Source: Candidatus Nanopusillus sp.
GTDB taxonomy: Archaea > Nanobdellota > Nanobdellia > Nanobdellales > Nanobdellaceae
Direction: 5' to 3'
Length of the DNA: 32,000 nt
NCBI GenBank assembly: GCA_049414405.1
Contig: JBMSAQ010000015.1
Span: forward strand, 30,001-62,000
Position numbers and translations under genes: made by a program. Shown one piece after another: positions 1 through 9,279 of the stretch; the stretch's first letter is position 1; every line of letters begins with the position of its first letter. The notes under the pieces were generated by a model. That model did not search any database. It was not told where the DNA came from and was given only the letters and a program-made list of their open reading frames with translations.

Positions 1-278
1 TCAATATATTTTATTGCTCTATCACCTGGTGCAAAAGCTGTAACAATTTTTCCATTTTTCTTCAATTGCACTTTTACACATTTTATCATTCCAGAATATG
101 GCTGTCTTTTTTCAATCTGTACTTTTTCTAATACAATTCCTGATGCCATTGAACTTCCCTCCAAAGGATCATATTTCTCCTTTAATTTCAATATTCTTCT
201 CTTCCATTCCTTTTTGCTCCATCTAAATTTTTTTCTATTTTCAATTAATTTCTTAGCAGCAAATAATCCGTTAGCCAT
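1..278 (-). CDS. rps12: 30S ribosomal protein uS12 (S12), partial; the 3' end runs off the window
   Basis: Not in the ORF track; hand translation of the minus strand from the ATG at 278-276 gives [92 protein letters not shown]. This matches archaeal uS12 hallmarks (DPLxG, GIVLEKV, KCVxVQLxKNGxxVTAFxPGD). The start overlaps the rpl30e stop by 8 nt. Confidence 0.9.
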   Translation of the reverse strand, partial: MANGLFAAKKLIENRKKFRWSKKEWKRRILKLKEKYDPLEGSSMASGIVLEKVQIEKRQPYSGMIKCVKVQLKKNGKIVTAFAPGDRAIKYI

Positions 279-543
279 TCTTTAATATAGATATAACAGA
301 AATTTTAAATGGCTTTTTTAATAATAAACCTACTTCTTCATTTGAATGATTCAATAGTTCTACTTCAAAATTTTCCAACTTTTGATAATATTCTATATCT
401 TTTTTTATATCTTCTGGGACATTTTTTGCTAAAAATACTTTCTCTACTTTCCCTCTTTTGATCATTTTCAAAGTTCTATTATATCCAATAATTATTTTTT
501 TCTCATCAACAATTTTCTTTCTTAAATCATCAAATGCTACCAT
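271..543 (-). CDS. rpl30e: 50S ribosomal protein eL30 (L30e)
   Basis: 90-aa protein of the L7Ae/L30e fold family ([37 protein letters not shown]). It sits immediately downstream of rpoA'', as in the conserved archaeal rpo cluster. Confidence 0.8.
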   Translation of the reverse strand: MVAFDDLRKKIVDEKKIIIGYNRTLKMIKRGKVEKVFLAKNVPEDIKKDIEYYQKLENFEVELLNHSNEEVGLLLKKPFKISVISILKNG

Positions 544-569
544 AAAATTTATCTATATAAAAAATATTT

Positions 570-1664
570 TTATTCCTTATCTTCCCTCTTCTTTCCTACG
601 AAGTATATGTCATATAAACCAGTGCCCAAATATATTGGTTGATTCATTATGACATTATCTATTCCACTCAATACTTTATCAGACTGTCCTATTATCGAAG
701 ATTTAACAAATATAGAAACTGGTGTTTCGAATGCTGCTTTTGATAATGTAGATTCTTTTTCTGCATGTAATCCATATCTATTTATACCTAAATATATACC
801 ATACCATGTCAACATATCTGCTACCAACATAAAATGTCTTACATTTACACTAAGACCTTGTTGCTCATATAATCCAACCAATTCTTGTAATATAGCAGCC
901 CTAGTAGCTTCTATCCCAAAAACTCTCTCTATTTCTCTTAAATCGTTCGTATATACTTTTGTATAATCTACTTCCGGTATTTTCATAACTTCCAATAAAT
1001 TAGATCCAACAGTATATATTACATATTCATTATCCTCTTTATGTATAGTTACATCCTTAATTCCCTTAATTCCTTTTATTAGTATTTTCTTTATCATTTC
1101 TTTAAACAAGTATAATTCCCTAGCAGATAATTTTGGAGCAGTTATGTATATATTTTGTTTGTCATTTTCAACCTTGTATTTCTTTATTTTCTTTTTTAAT
1201 ATTTTAAATACTTCATCAAATGTTAATTCTTCTTTTTTCAATTTTTCTTTATCCAAACTAATTATTATTTTATTTTCAAATACGTCTAACGTTATTGACA
1301 ATAATATATCTTCTAATAATAGTTCTCTTATCCTTTTTGCAACACTTTGAGCCACATTCAAATCATTTTTATATTCATCCAATAACCTTATTATCATATA
1401 TTTTCTTTTCATCTTCTTTTTTGCATCGGTTATTTCTGTAATTCTAGGTAAACCCAAAGAAACCTGCTGAGCAGAGATGCCTACAAAGTGGAATGATCTC
1501 AATATCATTTGCGTAGTTGGTTCCGCAATTGATTGTGCAGCAACTATTCCAACAGGTTCTCCCGAATCTATTATAAATTTATATGAAAAATCTTCTATAA
1601 CTTTCCTTAACTTTTCATCTTCTGTTTTTTCTAGATCCTTTTTTATTTTTTCTGGAAGTTCCAT
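570..1664 (-). CDS. rpoA2: DNA-directed RNA polymerase subunit A'' (Rpo1C)
   Basis: Carries conserved motifs of the C-terminal part of the largest RNAP subunit (GEPVGIVAAQSIAEPTTQM, GIEATRAAILQEL, VNVRHFMLVADMLT). It follows rpoA'. Confidence 0.95.
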   Translation of the reverse strand: MELPEKIKKDLEKTEDEKLRKVIEDFSYKFIIDSGEPVGIVAAQSIAEPTTQMILRSFHFVGISAQQVSLGLPRITEITDAKKKMKRKYMIIRLLDEYKNDLNVAQSVAKRIRELLLEDILLSITLDVFENKIIISLDKEKLKKEELTFDEVFKILKKKIKKYKVENDKQNIYITAPKLSARELYLFKEMIKKILIKGIKGIKDVTIHKEDNEYVIYTVGSNLLEVMKIPEVDYTKVYTNDLREIERVFGIEATRAAILQELVGLYEQQGLSVNVRHFMLVADMLTWYGIYLGINRYGLHAEKESTLSKAAFETPVSIFVKSSIIGQSDKVLSGIDNVIMNQPIYLGTGLYDIYFVGKKREDKE

Positions 1665-4290
1665 CTTTATTATCTTCTACATAAGATTTTAAAATTTGGG
1701 CCAGTAAATTTACATCTAATTTTCCATTTATTGACTTATGTACTGCAACACCATCCCCGCCATATACAAATTGTACAATCCTGTTATAAGCATCCCTAAC
1801 AGTTAAATCGTCATTTACATGAAGATCGTATAAACTTAATACCAATCTTCTATAGAAATATCCAGATTGGGCAGTCCTTATTGCTGTATCCATTAAAGCA
1901 TCTCTACCAGGTAATGCATGGAAAAACATTTCCCATGGTTTTAGGCCATCTCTATAAGAACTTATTACCCAACCATGATATTTTGGATGATATACATTTC
2001 TCTCAAATATTGATAGATTCCTCCTCTCGTAACCAAAATCTATAAACCCTCCTCTAAATGCTTGGAATCCCAAAGATCCCACCATCCTAACAGCATTCTG
2101 CCAATCACCCCTTGCGCCAGTTATAGACATAATATATGTACCTGTATCTTTTTTCATATATTTTCTAAGAACACCTTGTATTTTTGTTACACTTTCAGAT
2201 ACTGCCTGCATGGATTTTAATTCATATGTTTCTTTTAAACTTCTGCCAGCAATTCTTTCGAGAGTTTCTTCAATATATTGTTTATATGAATCATCTACCA
2301 CCTTTTGTGTATCTTCTATTATCTTTCTTATTTCTTCTTTTGCTTCTTCAGGCAAATCAAAATCTGAAATAGACATAGTAATTCCCAAATTGTATTGATA
2401 ATATATTCCTAACAAACTATACTTTTGCAATAAATTTGTCACGTATTCCTTTCCATATATTTTATATAATACAACAAATAATCTTCCCTTTTCTGCTTTT
2501 ATTAAACTTGAGTCTAGATATCCTCCAACTATCATTCCATTTTCTATTTTTATTTTATCATTTTCAAAATTAAAGTTATTTGGTAAAAATACTGAAGCAA
2601 CTTCTTTTCCAGTTAAATAACCCCTTCCCTCCTCCCTTGCTTTTTTGATAATATTAGATAACTTTTCCAAATCTTTGTCATTAGCATTAGACATATATAT
2701 TAACTGTGTAGCTTGATTAATTGGTATTTTTACATCATCTTGTGTTATCAAATATAGTCCTGTTATCATTTCTTGAATCATGCCAACAATAAAATCTCCA
2801 TACCTTGGGGTAATATAATTATTTGATATTTCTGTTAAAAGTTCTGCTTCTGCTCTTGCTTCCTCACTTCTTGGTAAAAATACGTTCATTTCATCTCCAT
2901 CAAAATCTGCATTATAGGGTTTACATATTATTGGATTTATCCTAAAAGTATTTCCTGGAAGTACCTTAATATAATGACTCATCATTGACAATCTATGTAA
3001 AGAAGGATATCTTAATAATAATATAATATCTCCATCCATTAGATGTCTTTCAACAATCCAACCTGGTGCTATCATTGAAGCAAGTGTTTCTTTGTTTTCT
3101 TCAGTAATTACTCTTTTTCTTCCATCTGGCGATATTACATAATTTGCACCTGGATATCTTTCAGGTCCATTCAAGATATATTCTTTCATCTTTTCAATAT
3201 TCCATTCAGTAACCCTTTCTGGAACTGTTAATGTTTTTGCAACATATAATGGTATTCCAACCTCATTTGGTCTTATCTTTGTATCTGGAGTAATAACTGC
3301 TCTTGAACTATAATTTATTCTTTTTCCAAGTAAATATCTTCTAATTATACCTTCTTTTCCAGAAATTCTCTCAACCAGTGATTTTAAAGGTTTTCCAGAT
3401 CTATGTTGAGCCTTTGGAATGTTTGGTAGAGTATTATTAAAGTATGTAAATATATGGTACTGTAATAAATTATATATATCATCTACAATTACTTGTGGGG
3501 CTCCTGTCGTTATATCTTCCTTTAATCTTTGATTTGTTCTTACAATATCAACTAATTTATGGGTTAAATCATCTTCTGCTCTCTCACCGGTTTCCAAAAC
3601 TATTGAAGGTCTCATTGTTACTGGGGGTACAGGTAAAACAGTTAATATCATCCATTCTGGTCTAGAAGATGATGAATCAAATCCAATCAATGGTAAATCT
3701 TCATTTGGTATTTTTTCAAATATTGCCCTAATTTCAACTGGATACATTCTTCTTTCATTTTCCCTATCCTTAACATAAAAATAAAATGGTTTCTTAAATT
3801 CAACTTTTGGATTTTCATATCCACATATGGGACATTTTGTTCTTTTTTTAGCTTTTGAATATGTAAACTTAATTACAAATTTAAATAATCTATTCCATCT
3901 TCTTGAATTTCTATATCTTTCTATTTTATTTAATGAAAATTCCCTTTCTTCTTTAATTAATTTTACATGACTACAATTATGGCAAACAGCATTTAATAAT
4001 TCTCTAACAATTGGTAAAAATTCTGGATGCAATACTGGTCTTGCCAATTCAATATGACCAAAATGACCTAAACATTTTCCTGCAGTTTTTCCACATGTTT
4101 CACATACATAACTTGGATCTACTACTCCCAATCTTAAATCCATCAACCCACCTCTTATCGGAGTTCCATCCTCATCATATAATTCTGATACAATTATTTT
4201 TGCTGCAGACATCTTTCTTATAGCATCTGGGCTTAATAAAAAATATTGAATTTCAGAAATTTTTTTGAAGAATATATCTTTCATCATCAA
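1615..4290 (-). CDS. rpoA1: DNA-directed RNA polymerase subunit A' (Rpo1N)
   Basis: Zinc-binding N-terminus (CETCGKTAGKCLGHFGHIEL), catalytic NADFDGDEMN motif, and RYPSLHRLSMM. The ATGA overlap with the rpoB' stop is at 4287-4290. Confidence 0.97.
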   Translation of the reverse strand: MMMKDIFFKKISEIQYFLLSPDAIRKMSAAKIIVSELYDEDGTPIRGGLMDLRLGVVDPSYVCETCGKTAGKCLGHFGHIELARPVLHPEFLPIVRELLNAVCHNCSHVKLIKEEREFSLNKIERYRNSRRWNRLFKFVIKFTYSKAKKRTKCPICGYENPKVEFKKPFYFYVKDRENERRMYPVEIRAIFEKIPNEDLPLIGFDSSSSRPEWMILTVLPVPPVTMRPSIVLETGERAEDDLTHKLVDIVRTNQRLKEDITTGAPQVIVDDIYNLLQYHIFTYFNNTLPNIPKAQHRSGKPLKSLVERISGKEGIIRRYLLGKRINYSSRAVITPDTKIRPNEVGIPLYVAKTLTVPERVTEWNIEKMKEYILNGPERYPGANYVISPDGRKRVITEENKETLASMIAPGWIVERHLMDGDIILLLRYPSLHRLSMMSHYIKVLPGNTFRINPIICKPYNADFDGDEMNVFLPRSEEARAEAELLTEISNNYITPRYGDFIVGMIQEMITGLYLITQDDVKIPINQATQLIYMSNANDKDLEKLSNIIKKAREEGRGYLTGKEVASVFLPNNFNFENDKIKIENGMIVGGYLDSSLIKAEKGRLFVVLYKIYGKEYVTNLLQKYSLLGIYYQYNLGITMSISDFDLPEEAKEEIRKIIEDTQKVVDDSYKQYIEETLERIAGRSLKETYELKSMQAVSESVTKIQGVLRKYMKKDTGTYIMSITGARGDWQNAVRMVGSLGFQAFRGGFIDFGYERRNLSIFERNVYHPKYHGWVISSYRDGLKPWEMFFHALPGRDALMDTAIRTAQSGYFYRRLVLSLYDLHVNDDLTVRDAYNRIVQFVYGGDGVAVHKSINGKLDVNLLAQILKSYVEDNKDGTSRKNKKGSRKNRR

Positions 4291-6089
4291 AATTTATAAT
4301 CTAACTTAAGCTTAGGCCAAATTCCAAGAGAGATCAATTCATTTAATAATAAATGAAATGCATAAGAAACTTTAACTTTTGATATTTTTTCAGTTTCACC
4401 ACAAATAGGACAATAAACTCTGTTTCTTATATTATCTTCAACAGCAAGAGAACCACATTTTTCACAAACATAAATAGTTGTATCATCAGAAGAATACATT
4501 TCTCTTAATAATATGGAAGCACCATGAGCAGCAAGAACTTCATGTTCCATTTCACTAAATTTCAAACCACCTTTCTTTGATTTACCCTCTGTTGGTTGTC
4601 TCGTTAACAATGTAACAGGACCTGTTGCTCTTGCTTGCAATTTATTCTTTGCCATATATTTTAATCTTAAATAATAAATACTTCCAATAAATATTTTAAC
4701 TTTAAATTCATCTCCAGTTAAAGGATTATATAGTGTTTCTGTTCCATCTTCTCTAAATCCTAAAGATAATAATTCTTTCCTTAATTCTTCTTCACTTTCT
4801 CCATACCACGGGGTTCCATCAACATATCTTCCACTCAAGCCCCCAACTTTTCCAGCAAGTAATTCTAATAATAAACCAACAGTTTCTCTTGAAGGAATTC
4901 CAGCAGGAGAAAATATTATATCTGGAACTAAACCAGAAGAAGACCATGGCATATCTGATGGATCAACAATCATTCCCAAAACACCTTTCTGTCCATGTCT
5001 TACAGAAAATTTATCCCCAAGTTCTGGAATCCGCAAATCTCTTAATTTTATCCTAACTAACAGATTTCCATCATCAGATTCTGTTATTACAACCCCATCT
5101 ACCCATCCTTCTTCCCCACTGCCAGTAGTTAATGAAGAATCTTTTTTTCTTAAGCCTGTTGCAATAGATTCAGAAGTTAAACCAATAAATCTCGGAGGTG
5201 ATACTCTTCCAACAATGACTTCTTCAGATCTTACAAAAGATTCAACAGCAACAATTCCATCTTCTTCTAAATTTTTATATTTATCCTTTCCCCTATATAA
5301 TTCTACAGATGGGTCTGGAATTGTAATTTCATCTTGTAATCCTCCAGAATATCTTAATCTTTCTATTTCATAAGATCTAAAATATACAGATCTAAATAAA
5401 CCCCTATCTATTGAACCTTTGTTCATGATAATCGCATCTTCAATATTATATCCTTCCTGTGTCATTACAGCAACAATTACATTTTGTCCTATCGCATAAT
5501 CATCCTTGAATATATTAAAAGAAAATGTTTTGGTAATCGGGTGCTGTGGATAATATAATATTGAAATATCAGTATCAAACCTATTGTGGAAGTTTAAAGA
5601 ATATATAGCATGAGCCTGCCTCTGTGGTCTAACACCTCTATTTAATCTTGCAGATTGATTTCTATTTGAAAATGGAACTAAAGACGTAGCTATACTAAAT
5701 ATTACTAAAGATGATAATTCCAAATGAGTTGTATTTTCTTTTATGTCTTCTGGATATAATGCAACATTTAAATTTTCTTCCTCAGCAGGATCAACCCATT
5801 CAATTATACCTTCCTTTTCTAAATCAGACCACTTTATTTCTCCTCTCTTTAATTTTTCAATATGTTCTTTTGTTAATAGTGGTTTACCATCTTTTACAAC
5901 AATTAAAGGTCTTAAAATCCTTCCTTTTCTTGTTAGTATTTCTATAACATTTCTTGTTTCATCAAAATGTATATTTACAAAGTATGGAATACTACCCTTT
6001 CTTCTTTTTTCCTTAAATTCCTCAATAAACTTATTAGCGTCATCAACATATCCAACAAAAATACCATCTATATAAACTTCATATGCCAT
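4287..6089 (-). CDS. rpoB1: DNA-directed RNA polymerase subunit B' (Rpo2C, C-terminal half of subunit B)
   Basis: GDKFSVRHGQKGV, PDIIFSPAGIPSRETVG, GGLKFSEMEHEVLAAHGA, and a C-terminal zinc ribbon (CEKCGS...CPICG). Confidence 0.95.
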   Translation of the reverse strand: MAYEVYIDGIFVGYVDDANKFIEEFKEKRRKGSIPYFVNIHFDETRNVIEILTRKGRILRPLIVVKDGKPLLTKEHIEKLKRGEIKWSDLEKEGIIEWVDPAEEENLNVALYPEDIKENTTHLELSSLVIFSIATSLVPFSNRNQSARLNRGVRPQRQAHAIYSLNFHNRFDTDISILYYPQHPITKTFSFNIFKDDYAIGQNVIVAVMTQEGYNIEDAIIMNKGSIDRGLFRSVYFRSYEIERLRYSGGLQDEITIPDPSVELYRGKDKYKNLEEDGIVAVESFVRSEEVIVGRVSPPRFIGLTSESIATGLRKKDSSLTTGSGEEGWVDGVVITESDDGNLLVRIKLRDLRIPELGDKFSVRHGQKGVLGMIVDPSDMPWSSSGLVPDIIFSPAGIPSRETVGLLLELLAGKVGGLSGRYVDGTPWYGESEEELRKELLSLGFREDGTETLYNPLTGDEFKVKIFIGSIYYLRLKYMAKNKLQARATGPVTLLTRQPTEGKSKKGGLKFSEMEHEVLAAHGASILLREMYSSDDTTIYVCEKCGSLAVEDNIRNRVYCPICGETEKISKVKVSYAFHLLLNELISLGIWPKLKLDYKF

Positions 6090-6090
6090 T

Positions 6091-7608
6091 TTATTTTTTT
6101 ATATCTGAAATATTTTTAACTATTGATCTTAATCCAATATCCCCCAATTTCTTAATTAATTCGCGCTTATCAACCTCCTCAAAACTTATCTTCGCCAGAA
6201 TTGTTTTATTTTTTCTCAATCCAGTTTCATGACCTTCGGGTGTTTCTATTAAATCTAACCTACCCCAGTGTGTACCATGAGCCATTCTTGCTTCCAACAA
6301 CTCAGCTTCACCAGATATTGAAGAAACAACCCTTGTTAAATGAGATAAAACAGAAATTTTATTTGTTCTATCTAGAGCTTGAGAAATTCCAGTCCTATTT
6401 CTTGTCCATTTTCCAATAGCCATTACATTTTCAAATCTCTCAGTAAATATTTTTGATCTAAATATAGATGTATATGTGGGTATTTTTCCTCTTTTTACTA
6501 ATCTTTCATATTGATACATTGCATCTGTCATCAACGTTCTTAAAGTAACTAAGAAAAATTCTCTTAATAATTCTCCAGGTGTTCTAACTATTTTGTTTGC
6601 AAAGTGATCCTTTATATCTTCACCAATCTTTCCATGAGCTAATAATAATATCTTTCTTGCCATCTTCAATAAATTGTATGCCTTTAATAATCTATCATTT
6701 GGTGATGTACCAATATTTGGTAATAGTAAATTATCTAATATTGACAATAATTTTTCTCTTTTAACTTCTGGAGATCCTGTTAATTTCAATTTATCGGCTA
6801 AATAAGTTATTGCATCTTCAGAAGTTCTAATATTTTGAAATTCTAATAAGTTAATATATACTTCTTCAAACTCTTCTCCTTCTGAAATCAATTGGTTTAT
6901 TTCAACATCCTTTTCTAAGCCTAAAGCCCTTACCAGTGGTATTAGAGGAACTCTTTTATATTTCTCAAATGATAAGTATAATAAACCATCTTTTGTCATC
7001 TCCATTCTATGAGCCTTTAATTGAGTTAAAGATTCGGATAACAAATATCCACTATATTTTATAGAACCGGACTCTTTTTGAACATAAAATTTATTTGTAC
7101 CAAGTTCTTCAGATAGTACAATTAATTTTTCATTCCCATTAATAATAAAATACCCGCCCCTATCTGTCGGATCTTCTCCAATTTTTATTAATTCTTCTTC
7201 AGATAATCCATAAGTATTACAATATTTTGATCTAATCATTATTGGCAATCTTCCAATAGATACTTGGTATTTACTCTTAAAAGTCTCATTTTCATATACA
7301 GAAAATTCCATAAATACTGTTCCAGCGTATGTAAGTCTTCTAATTCTAGCCTCTATTGGATATATTAATCTAGAAACTCCCTCCTTTTCCATAAAATCTG
7401 CCTTCCCCAACCATAATTTTTCTATTTTAAATTGCAAATCCCTTAATCCAGGAGCTAATAATCTTGGGGAAAATTTCCCCAAATCTCTTCCAATCTTTGT
7501 CATTTCTACATCAACAAAATATTCAAATGACCTAAGTTGTACTCCTAAGAGCTCATTTTCCTCCAAGTATTTATAAAATAAGATATAATTATCTGTATTA
7601 TTAGCCAC
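6091..7608 (-). CDS. rpoB2: DNA-directed RNA polymerase subunit B'' (Rpo2N, N-terminal half of subunit B)
   Basis: RLTYAGTVF, GRLPIMIRSKYC, DRGGYFIINGNEK, and THWGRLDLIETPEGHETGL. Its stop (6091-6093) lies 1 nt before the rpoB' ATG. Confidence 0.95.
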   Translation of the reverse strand: MANNTDNYILFYKYLEENELLGVQLRSFEYFVDVEMTKIGRDLGKFSPRLLAPGLRDLQFKIEKLWLGKADFMEKEGVSRLIYPIEARIRRLTYAGTVFMEFSVYENETFKSKYQVSIGRLPIMIRSKYCNTYGLSEEELIKIGEDPTDRGGYFIINGNEKLIVLSEELGTNKFYVQKESGSIKYSGYLLSESLTQLKAHRMEMTKDGLLYLSFEKYKRVPLIPLVRALGLEKDVEINQLISEGEEFEEVYINLLEFQNIRTSEDAITYLADKLKLTGSPEVKREKLLSILDNLLLPNIGTSPNDRLLKAYNLLKMARKILLLAHGKIGEDIKDHFANKIVRTPGELLREFFLVTLRTLMTDAMYQYERLVKRGKIPTYTSIFRSKIFTERFENVMAIGKWTRNRTGISQALDRTNKISVLSHLTRVVSSISGEAELLEARMAHGTHWGRLDLIETPEGHETGLRKNKTILAKISFEEVDKRELIKKLGDIGLRSIVKNISDIKK

Positions 7609-7640
7609 TTTTTATGTATATGTATGATATTCTTATAAGC

Positions 7641-7955
7641 TTAATCCTCAACAACAACTCTATAGTATATTTCTTCCCCAATCCATGGGTTGTTTCTTAT
7701 AATCTTAACTACATCCCCTGGCTTAACATTTAAGTTTTTTAATGCAGGATCTGAGATTTTAATCTTTGGTAAATCTGATAGAGATGCTTTATATTTTTCT
7801 AATAATTCTTTTTTCTCTTCTTCAGATAATATTACGTGTTTTGGTACTAAATAGTGTTTTGTTATATCAATTTCCGATAGTTCTCTTAAACTCTTTTTAG
7901 GTTCATTAACCTTAGAAACTTTTTTAGATTTAGACTTTTTGACGGATTTGGCCAT
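7641..7955 (-). CDS. rpoH: DNA-directed RNA polymerase subunit H (Rpo5) with a Lys-rich N-terminal extension
   Basis: Core [22 protein letters not shown]...[12 protein letters not shown]...GDVVKIIR matches archaeal RpoH. It is the first gene of the rpo cluster. Confidence 0.85.
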   Translation of the reverse strand: MAKSVKKSKSKKVSKVNEPKKSLRELSEIDITKHYLVPKHVILSEEEKKELLEKYKASLSDLPKIKISDPALKNLNVKPGDVVKIIRNNPWIGEEIYYRVVVED

Positions 7956-7977
7956 TTAATTAATTTTTATAAAAAAC

Positions 7978-7983
7978 TTATAA
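7978..7983. promoter_or_regulatory. Palindromic TATA-like hexamer TTATAA at the exact midpoint of the 50-bp divergent rpoH / ATP-grasp intergenic region
   Basis: The hexamer centre (7980.5) is 25.5 nt from both start codons (7955 minus, 8006 plus). This fits archaeal TATA placement for leaderless transcripts in both directions. AT-rich background makes chance occurrence plausible. Confidence 0.3.
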
Positions 7984-8005
7984 CTTTACCCTCTAGATAT
8001 TAAGA

Positions 8006-8857
8006 ATGGGTGGAATAGCTATATTTGCAAAAACTAATTCACATGATTATAGGATAATAAAGTTAAAAGAAGAAATAAAAAACTATAATAATATTAATAT
8101 TATTGATATAGAGAAAGACAATATATTTCCATATAATGAAAAAATATTAAACTATGACGTATATTACTTTTTCCTTGGATCAAATTTTTTATCTGATATA
8201 TACTTTCTAGCAAGATATCTTAAACAAAATGGAAAAGAAGTAATAAATACCATACACATTAAAGAACCTGTAATATCAAAAACTCTATTTTACAGTATTC
8301 TTAATAAATATGTAGAAATTCCAGAATTTATGAAAATATATTCAATAGATAACATAGAATATGTAATAAATAAAATAGGATTTCCAATAATAATAAAGCA
8401 CCAGTTTGTTCATAGAGGGGAATTCGTACATAAGATAGATAATGAAAAAGAACTATATAACTTTTTAGAAAAATATTTATTAGAGAAGAAAATAAAAATA
8501 AAACATTTAATATTTCAAAAATACATACCTTATGAGAAAGATATAAGAATAATTTTTGTGGGAAAGCCAATTGGTGCAATGGAGAGAATCAATAGAAATA
8601 GTTTTAAGGCAAATATTAGTCAGGGTGGATATGGGAGACAATACGAATTAGATGAAGAGATAGTAGATATTGGATATAGGATTATGGATAAATGTGACTT
8701 ACAAATATTTGCATTTGATCTATTATTAAAAGATGGTCAATATTATTTAATAGACTTGCATCATATATTTCAATATGAGGGATTTGATAAATATTTAAAT
8801 AGAAATGTTACAAGAGAAATATTGAATTACTTAAATGAAATTAGTAATAAAAGCTAA
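8006..8857 (+). CDS. ATP-grasp ligase of the RimK/LysX (alpha-L-glutamate ligase-like) type
   Basis: ATP-grasp signature blocks are present: PIIIKHQFVHRGEFVHKI, IFQKYIPYEKDIRIIFVG, NISQGGYG, and FAFDLLLKDGQYYLIDLH. Substrate is unknown. Confidence 0.7.
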   Translation: MGGIAIFAKTNSHDYRIIKLKEEIKNYNNINIIDIEKDNIFPYNEKILNYDVYYFFLGSNFLSDIYFLARYLKQNGKEVINTIHIKEPVISKTLFYSILNKYVEIPEFMKIYSIDNIEYVINKIGFPIIIKHQFVHRGEFVHKIDNEKELYNFLEKYLLEKKIKIKHLIFQKYIPYEKDIRIIFVGKPIGAMERINRNSFKANISQGGYGRQYELDEEIVDIGYRIMDKCDLQIFAFDLLLKDGQYYLIDLHHIFQYEGFDKYLNRNVTREILNYLNEISNKS

Positions 8858-9242
8858 AGGGCATAAATTAATAAAAGCGACACATAAAAGCACCTTAGAA
8901 ATTACTAAAGACAATTATCTAACAGAAAGAGGAGATTGCATAATCGGTATAAATGCGAACTACTCTGTAAAAGATTTACCAGAGGATCTTAAAGATCATA
9001 TATTAAATGAAGGAAAAATAAAGATTGTAATTAAGATTGATGATTTAATAGACAGTATAATTGCTTATGGTTCGAGAAATTTATTATTAACAAATGATAG
9101 AAGTATTGTTATAAGAAAAAGTAATTATATTGATGATAGAACCTTAGCAATAAACTCAAATAAAAGTGCTACTGATATTGATAAGAAACTAATTGAAAAA
9201 TTAAGGTGTGAAAAAGATATGGAATTCATTATATATTACTGA
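8835..9242 (+). CDS. DUF371-like archaeal protein
   Basis: KAKGHKLIKATHKSTLEITKDNYLTERGDCIIGINA resembles, from memory, the DUF371 N-terminal signature (GHxNIxATHxTTxExTKDxxLTxRGDCIIG). It overlaps the upstream gene by 23 nt. Confidence 0.55.
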   Translation: MKLVIKAKGHKLIKATHKSTLEITKDNYLTERGDCIIGINANYSVKDLPEDLKDHILNEGKIKIVIKIDDLIDSIIAYGSRNLLLTNDRSIVIRKSNYIDDRTLAINSNKSATDIDKKLIEKLRCEKDMEFIIYY

Positions 9243-9248
9243 AAAACA

Positions 9249-9256
9249 TTTATAAA
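9249..9256 (+). promoter_or_regulatory. Candidate TATA box (TTTATAAA) for the 9280-20713 operon
   Basis: The octamer centre is 27.5 nt upstream of the ATG at 9280. It is preceded by purine-rich GAAAAACA, which is BRE-like. This implies a leaderless or near-leaderless mRNA. Confidence 0.45.
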
Positions 9257-9279
9257 GAATAAAATATTTATCCATAATT

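Noticed and set aside
458-6419. Plus-strand ORFs of 60-110 aa (458-652, 649-966, 1144-1350, 1477-1692, 2184-2398, 4011-4223, 5711-6075, 6201-6419) antisense to the RNA polymerase and L30e genes
   Set aside because: They lie entirely inside strongly supported conserved genes on the other strand. Their products are low-complexity Phe/Leu/Ile/Ser strings, typical of antisense reading of AT-rich coding DNA.
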